The notes under the pieces were generated by a model, which had not been told where the DNA came from, searched no databases, and was given only the letters and a program-made list of their open reading frames with translations. The position numbers and the translations under genes are program-made. A stretch of 63,727 nucleotides of DNA, filler included, from Deltaproteobacteria bacterium (GTDB taxonomy: Bacteria > Myxococcota > JACRCW01), in assembly GCA_016218805.1 (NCBI GenBank). It is 4 parts of 4 records of this genome, joined end to end, with 100 filler letters (N's around TTAATTAATTAA, not from the genome) between each part and the next. Parts side by side here need not be neighbours in the genome. Positions count along the whole stretch, not along the records: positions 57,172 to 63,727 come from JACRCW010000169.1; 3 more parts are not named here. The stretch is one strand, 5' to 3'. Positions 58,518 to 63,727 of this stretch are shown in pieces (position 1 is the stretch's first letter; each line of letters opens with the position of its first letter).

Positions 58518-59225
58518 CCCCGGGACGTTGGGCTCGGGCGGACCGCCGCCTTCCGGCTCTTCCTCCCCGCCGCCGCCGCCGGTGGCTGAATCCGTGTTCA
58601 GGTCATCAAAGAACAGGTTCTGCAACCGGCGGTCCCGCGGGAACAGACCGGCCACGCCCGCGCACGCCTTGGCGTACGCGTCCAGGAAGTCCTCTTTGTT
58701 CAGCGTGCGCTGCGCCCGGGCCGCCACTGCGGCCAGCACGCCCGCCCGCCGGGCGTCCACCGCCGTCGCGTACTCGGTGCGCAGCGCCATGACCTTCACC
58801 AGTTCGTCCGCCGCCTGCGGCCACAGCGCGCCCGCCGCCTTCAGCCGGCCCTCCAACTCCTCCATGGCCTTGACCTGCGCGGGTCCCGTCGGCGCCACCA
58901 CCGGCCCCAAGCCATTTGGGAACAGCGCTTTGGCTATCTTCCCGTCCTTCTTCCCGTCGGCGGCTTCGGCGCGTTTGTGCAGCGCCCGCACCCCCACCTC
59001 CGCAAAGTACTCCGTGAAACGCACCTTCACCCGCACGGGCAACAGGCCCCGGACGGCCACCGTGACCTCCGCGTGGGCGGCAACCAGCGGCGCGGTGGCC
59101 AGCGCCAGCGCGTCTGCGTACGGGATGAGCGCGGGTTGCTCCGTGAAGCTGCGCATGGCGGTCTGGCTGAACAGCGACAGTTCCTCGCAGCGGGAAACCG
59201 GCGTCTTGGAAGTCGGCTTTTCCAT
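58515..59225 (-). CDS. Hypothetical all-helical cytoplasmic protein
   Basis: GAGGAG RBS, Ala-rich amphipathic helices, LFPNGL and LFPRD...LFF motifs, acidic Gly/Pro tail. Confidence 0.8.
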   Translation of the reverse strand: MEKPTSKTPVSRCEELSLFSQTAMRSFTEQPALIPYADALALATAPLVAAHAEVTVAVRGLLPVRVKVRFTEYFAEVGVRALHKRAEAADGKKDGKIAKALFPNGLGPVVAPTGPAQVKAMEELEGRLKAAGALWPQAADELVKVMALRTEYATAVDARRAGVLAAVAARAQRTLNKEDFLDAYAKACAGVAGLFPRDRRLQNLFFDDLNTDSATGGGGGEEEPEGGGPPEPNVPG

Positions 59226-59392
59226 TCCTGTTCTCCTCCTCGGGGTGGAGGCAAGAGGCTTCCTTGCAGGCCGGCGGTTCTGTCAAGCCCCGGCGGACCT
59301 TCAGCCTCGAGTTCCGCCAATCTTCTTCGACTCGACTTTCGCCTTTTCTGAAGCGCGGACGTTCCGGGCCGGCTTGCGGCAGTCCGCGGGGG

Positions 59393-59597
59393 CAGATTGC
59401 ACGTGTTTTGTGGGGCTGGCGCCTCTGCCGGCCGCCGACCCAAGGCTGCACACCGCAACAGCCCGCCACAAACCGGGGTGGTTTCCGGCGGCATTGAGCG
59501 CCATGGCGCTGTACCGCAGTTGAGGGTGGTGCGGGGTCGGGGCGGCGCGCTGGCATGCGCCTGCGGCCGGCGGGGACGCCGGCCCCACAAACATCTG
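59393..59597. repeat. Inverted REP-like doublet (REPIN-like long hairpin)
   Basis: TGTTTTGTGGGGCTGGCGCCTCTGCCGGCCGC pairs with GCGGCCGGCGGGGACGCCGGCCCCACAAACA. Confidence 0.7.
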
Positions 59598-59801
59598 AGT
59601 GGGCACCGGGCATGAGTGCTGGGCTCAGACTCGGGTCTTACCGGCTTGATGTTCATCTCTGTCGGCGTTGATGTTGGTTTGGGAGTGGGCTGCTCTTGAC
59701 GGTTGGGTGCCCCGTCTGGCGCGGATCAGAAACTCCGCAACACCGCGAGGAACCGCGCCAAAGCCCTCCAAGAATGGCGAAACTCGAGTCAGCGGGTCAA
59801 A

Positions 59802-61067
59802 TCAGAATGCAATCCTCACGGCCACCTGGTCGGTGTCGCCCCCCAACAGCCAGCGCGCCTGGCGGACACCGTACTCAAACCGTGCCCCGTCGTCGGCGGG
59901 GCGCTCGTGCCCGTAGCCGGTGGCGTAATGCATCAGGTCATAGGACCGCACCCACAGGATGGTGAACGCGCGGCCAAACGCGGGCGTGATGGGCAACGGT
60001 GACCCGGTCAGCGGCCCCGCGGGCGCGCCGTCCAGGTAGAACAGCGCCATGCCCACGTGCAGCCGGTGCGCCTCCACGCCGCGGGGGCCGTAGGCAATGT
60101 CGTAACGGGCGCGCACGTCCGCAAAGTCCGGGATGAACTGCAGCGCGCCCTCCACGGACAGCGCCCGCGAATCAAAGAACGGCGCACGCTCGGTATCCGC
60201 CAGCACGGCCACCGCGCGCGCCAGGAACAGCCGCGTGCGCATCTGCGCATCCGCGGTGAGCGCGCCGCGCGCGTCATCCCCCATGGCCAGCGGCCGGCCC
60301 AGCAGCCCCACGCCCACCCGCAACGACGGGGACCGCGTCCAGCGCACCAGCGGCTCCAGTTCCACCCGCCCGGTCAGCGCGGGGTTGTTCACCGGGGCCC
60401 CGGTGTTGCCCGCCGTCAGCGGCACGCCCTGCGCGCCGCCTCCCGCCGCGCCCGCGTGCGGTTCCGTCGTCGTGGGCAGCCCGGTCGCCCAGTTCACCCC
60501 GGACCCCAGCCCAAACAGCCCCCGCACCGGCACGTTCCAGCGGTACGCGTCAATCTCGTAGCTGGCGGCAAGCTCACGGCCGGGCAGCCACGCCTCGCGG
60601 CCCAGCGACCCGGTGAGGAACAGCGCCTCCTGCTGCGGCATCCACTGCTCCGCCACCACGGGAACCGTGAAGTACCCCAGGCGCGCTTCGCCCAGGTCCA
60701 GGATCTTCTTGTTGCCCAGCGCCATGCGCCCGTACAGGTCCCGCACCAGGCCCGGCCCATCCTCCTTGAGGCGCGGGCTGGCCCACGGGGACAGCTCCGC
60801 CTCGGCGACGATCCCCACCTCCAGCACTGCGGACACCAGCGCCTCCGCGCGCAACCGCAGGCGCGGCAACCCCACGCTGTTGCCAAACTGGTCGCGCCCC
60901 AGCGCGCCCTCCAGCATCCCGCCCAGCCGCAGGCGGTACAGCTCGCTGGCCGTCTCCACGCGGCCCGGCTCGGGCTGGTCCGGCTGCTCACTGACAATCA
61001 CCACGCGGTCCGCCGCCCACGCCACGGCACCCACCAGCCACAGCGCCAGCACAGCGGGGCGGTTCAC
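59802..61067 (-). CDS. Putative outer-membrane beta-barrel (porin O/P-like)
   Basis: Signal peptide, LPRLRL...VRDLY...RLGYFTVP, alternating strand pattern, C-terminal Phe. Confidence 0.65.
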   Translation of the reverse strand: MNRPAVLALWLVGAVAWAADRVVIVSEQPDQPEPGRVETASELYRLRLGGMLEGALGRDQFGNSVGLPRLRLRAEALVSAVLEVGIVAEAELSPWASPRLKEDGPGLVRDLYGRMALGNKKILDLGEARLGYFTVPVVAEQWMPQQEALFLTGSLGREAWLPGRELAASYEIDAYRWNVPVRGLFGLGSGVNWATGLPTTTEPHAGAAGGGAQGVPLTAGNTGAPVNNPALTGRVELEPLVRWTRSPSLRVGVGLLGRPLAMGDDARGALTADAQMRTRLFLARAVAVLADTERAPFFDSRALSVEGALQFIPDFADVRARYDIAYGPRGVEAHRLHVGMALFYLDGAPAGPLTGSPLPITPAFGRAFTILWVRSYDLMHYATGYGHERPADDGARFEYGVRQARWLLGGDTDQVAVRIAF

Positions 61068-62404
61068 TTGGGCTCCTGCGCGGGCGGATCAAACGCGTTG
61101 CCGTCGGACGCCGCCCACGCGGCTTCCGCGGCCGCCTCCTGCGTCTCCGGGGGGAAACCCTCCAGCACCAGCAGTGACAACCCCCGCCGCTCCACCATCA
61201 CCCCGGCGTCCCCCGTGCGCGCCACCACGCGCTCCGGCGTCTCGCACACCACCGTGAACCCCGGGTACCGGCCCGCCATGGCGCGGTAGGCGGCGTGGCC
61301 CTCGCGCGCGTCCTCGTCGGAATCAAAGCCCATCTTCCACGCCAGCACCGCCACGCCATTGCGCACGTACACGGCGGCGCGGTCTCCGTCCCAGCCTTCC
61401 GCCGCTTTCACCGCGCTGGGTCCGCGCAGGCCCGCCTGCTGCTGCTCGCGCTGCCACACGGTGCGCAACCCCAGCTCCCCCACCGCCTCCTGCCAGATCT
61501 CCCGCCAGCCCTCGCCCAGGAAGCTCATGAGCGGCGGCAACCGGATGTCCCGCGGCCGGTCACGCCCGCGCAGGTAGCGCTCCGGGTGCAGGATCTCCTC
61601 GGTGGAGGCCGGCGGGTCCCGGTAGGCCGCGTTCACCGCCGCCCAGCCGCCCTTCTTGTGCACCAACCCCACAAACCGCGCGCCTTGCAGGTACGGCATC
61701 TGGAACCGGCGGTTCACAAAGTCCGGCGCGCCCGCCACATCCAGCGCGCCGGTGCGTGACTCCACAAACCGCAGCCAGCTCTCCATGGAGGGCGTGAACA
61801 CGCTGGAATACGCGTACCCCACAAAGCTCGCGTCACCCTCCGCCAGGCAGCGCCGCGCCAGCGCCGCGTCGTCGTTGGGCGCGCTGGACAAGAAGCGGTC
61901 CAGGCCAAAGTGCATGTCCTGCAGCGCGTGCGTCATCTCGTGGCTGAGGACCTCCCCGTCCACCAGGTCGCGCTGCCGCACCATGCCCGTCAACTCAATG
62001 ATCTCGCTGCGCGGGTTCTGCCGGTCAATGATGCGGAGGATCCCGTCGGTGGTTTCGTAGTAGCCCGCCGGGGCTTCCGTCCCCACGGACGCAAACGCGC
62101 CCGCCAGGTCCGTGCCCGGCGGCACCAGGCCCACCTTGGTCCACGCCACCGCCAGGTCCTCCATGTGCTGCAGGTAGGACACGCGGTGCAGGTCAGACTG
62201 GGCACCGGACTTGAGGCGCGCGCGCCCCTCCATGGACATCCGCAACGGCGCCGTCGCCTTCAGGCCGCGGATGCGCTCCACGTCGGACAGCAGCTTCTCC
62301 GCGCCCGCGGCGTTGAGCCGGTGATCGGTCACGACCTTGTACGAACACGCGCCGGCGGCGAGGCACAGGACACACATCGTCACGCGCAGGCTCTGCAACC
62401 GCAC
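61064..62404 (-). CDS. Lipoprotein with a zincin-like HEXXH motif
   Basis: LAAGAC lipobox; SHEMTHALQDMHF, EGDA, PYLQG..FV, PPASTEEILHPERY, AAEGWDGDR. Confidence 0.8.
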   Translation of the reverse strand: MRLQSLRVTMCVLCLAAGACSYKVVTDHRLNAAGAEKLLSDVERIRGLKATAPLRMSMEGRARLKSGAQSDLHRVSYLQHMEDLAVAWTKVGLVPPGTDLAGAFASVGTEAPAGYYETTDGILRIIDRQNPRSEIIELTGMVRQRDLVDGEVLSHEMTHALQDMHFGLDRFLSSAPNDDAALARRCLAEGDASFVGYAYSSVFTPSMESWLRFVESRTGALDVAGAPDFVNRRFQMPYLQGARFVGLVHKKGGWAAVNAAYRDPPASTEEILHPERYLRGRDRPRDIRLPPLMSFLGEGWREIWQEAVGELGLRTVWQREQQQAGLRGPSAVKAAEGWDGDRAAVYVRNGVAVLAWKMGFDSDEDAREGHAAYRAMAGRYPGFTVVCETPERVVARTGDAGVMVERRGLSLLVLEGFPPETQEAAAEAAWAASDGNAFDPPAQEPK

Positions 62405-62462
62405 GGTCTTCCGCTAACATCCCGCGCTCGCCCGCGCCAAGGAGCCGGGCAGCGAGGACACC

Positions 62463-63727
62463 GTGGACACGTTGCAAGCCAGGCCCTCCAACCCCGCCAA
62501 CGCCGTGCGGCGTGACCCCCGCGAATCCACCCGCCGCCACGAACGCTTCGTCGTCCGCGCGCAGGCGCTGTTCTTTGCGCGCGTGGCGTTCCTGGTGCTG
62601 GGCTTCGGGGTGTTGCTGGTGGCTGAGTGGCGCGTGGCCGTGGGCGCCACAGGGCTGGGGACCGCGGCGTGGGCGGTGGTTGCTTTGGGGTACAGCGTCA
62701 CCAACTACCTGCTCGTCCGTAACCAGAAGTACGGGCAGACCTTCACGTTTGCCACGCTGTGCCTGGACCTGGTGCTGCTGGTGTATCTGATTTCGCACTC
62801 CGGCGGCGTGCGCAGCCCCGTGATGGCGGCGCAACTGGTGTTCACCATCTTCTTTGCGCTGCTGTTCCCGTCCACCACGGCGCTCATCCCCCCGCTGCTG
62901 GCGCTCCCGGTGGCCGCGCGCGTGGACCTCATGTTCAAGGCGGATGGGTGGACGGACTTCTTCTACCTGTTCTGGTACGCCGCGCTGGACGCCGTGCTGG
63001 TGTACGTCATGGTGTACCTCACCGGCCGCGAGGAACAGCAGACCACCGAGATTGCCCGCCTGGAACAGGAACTCAAGGCGCTGGCGGTGGTGGAGGAGCG
63101 CAACCGCCTGGCGCGCGAAATCCACGACGGCCTGGGTGCCGCACTGTCCGGCCTCATCATCCAGGCGGAGTACGCGGGGTCCATCAGCCGCGAACCCGCC
63201 GTGAAGGCCGAACTCAAGGAACTCAAAGGCGCCGCGGAGGAAGCCATTGATGAGTTGCGCCGCGCGCTGGTGATGATGCGCAACGACTTCCAGCTGGTCC
63301 CCGCCCTGGAGAACGTGTGCTCCACGTTCAAGGCGCGTCACAAGCTGCCGTGTGACCTATCCCTGCGCGGCAACCCCCCGCGCCTCTCCAACGAGGCGCA
63401 ACTCACCATCTTCCGCATCCTGCAGGAGAGCCTCACCAACATCTCCAAGCACGCCAACGCGCGGAAGGTGACCGTGTCCGTCAACTTCACGGTGGACGGC
63501 CTCACCATGACGGTGGCGGATGACGGCAAGGGGTTTGATATCCGCAACACGCCGCAGCACCACTACGGCCTGGTGAACATGCGCGAGCGCGCCCGGAAGG
63601 TGGGTGGCGACGTGCTGGTGGAGAGCGAACGCGGCCAGGGCACCACCGTCACCCTCATGCTGCACGGCCTCAACGGCGAAGCCACCATGGAAGCGGCCAT
63701 CCCCGTCCGCTACACCGCCCACAAGCC
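62463..63727 (+). CDS. Membrane sensor histidine kinase (HisKA_3/NarX-like), 3' end beyond the window
   Basis: Not in the ORF track because it is open-ended. GTG start after GAGGAC, TM helices, EERNRLAREIHDGLG, QESLTNISKHA, DDGKGF, GLVNMRER. Confidence 0.92.
   Translation, partial: MDTLQARPSNPANAVRRDPRESTRRHERFVVRAQALFFARVAFLVLGFGVLLVAEWRVAVGATGLGTAAWAVVALGYSVTNYLLVRNQKYGQTFTFATLCLDLVLLVYLISHSGGVRSPVMAAQLVFTIFFALLFPSTTALIPPLLALPVAARVDLMFKADGWTDFFYLFWYAALDAVLVYVMVYLTGREEQQTTEIARLEQELKALAVVEERNRLAREIHDGLGAALSGLIIQAEYAGSISREPAVKAELKELKGAAEEAIDELRRALVMMRNDFQLVPALENVCSTFKARHKLPCDLSLRGNPPRLSNEAQLTIFRILQESLTNISKHANARKVTVSVNFTVDGLTMTVADDGKGFDIRNTPQHHYGLVNMRERARKVGGDVLVESERGQGTTVTLMLHGLNGEATMEAAIPVRYTAHK

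Noticed and set aside
58066..58518. 150-aa ORF overlapping the orphan gene stop (GTGA)
   Set aside because: Arg/Pro/Gly-rich, the repeat phase shifts between frames, and it is not protein-like. Not fully excluded.

Overview
High-GC bacterial DNA, most likely Myxococcota (MYXO-CTERM motif, many Cys-rich lipoproteins, Ser/Thr kinase with a PEGA-like domain). The window is not contiguous: four contigs are joined by 100-nt artificial N spacers containing TTAATTAATTAA (20776-20875, 38036-38135, 57072-57171). Contig 1 holds a TCGA-rich, probably foreign block (IS256-like end, a broken MYXO-CTERM/HAF/RHS gene, a Cys-rich NHL lipoprotein), then groEL-groES with a CIRCE element and a six-gene envelope/ABC cluster ending in a LamG/beta-propeller lipoprotein. 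Contig 2 is accessory: a truncated hsdR, a LexA-HTH protein, a PAS hybrid kinase, a possible papain-fold protease, a Cys-repeat lipoprotein, a GMC oxidoreductase operon with a hexaheme cytochrome, and an excisionase-HTH/secreted fibre fusion. Contig 3 is mostly core (YrdC/Sua5, TPR, PBP1A, ruvC, pseudokinase, yebC, HEAT lipoprotein, Uma2, lhr, DUF971, rpsI, rplM) plus a WDxxxWDxxxW lipoprotein/fibre gene pair and a KGG protein. Contig 4 has marC, an orphan helical gene followed by a 42-bp-period array and preceded by a REP doublet, a porin-like gene, a HEXXH lipoprotein and a partial histidine kinase. The best candidates for something undescribed are the orphan gene with its phased 42-bp array, two proteins with internal signal peptides, and the W-motif anchor/fibre pair. 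All family assignments come from motif recognition by eye; no searches were run.
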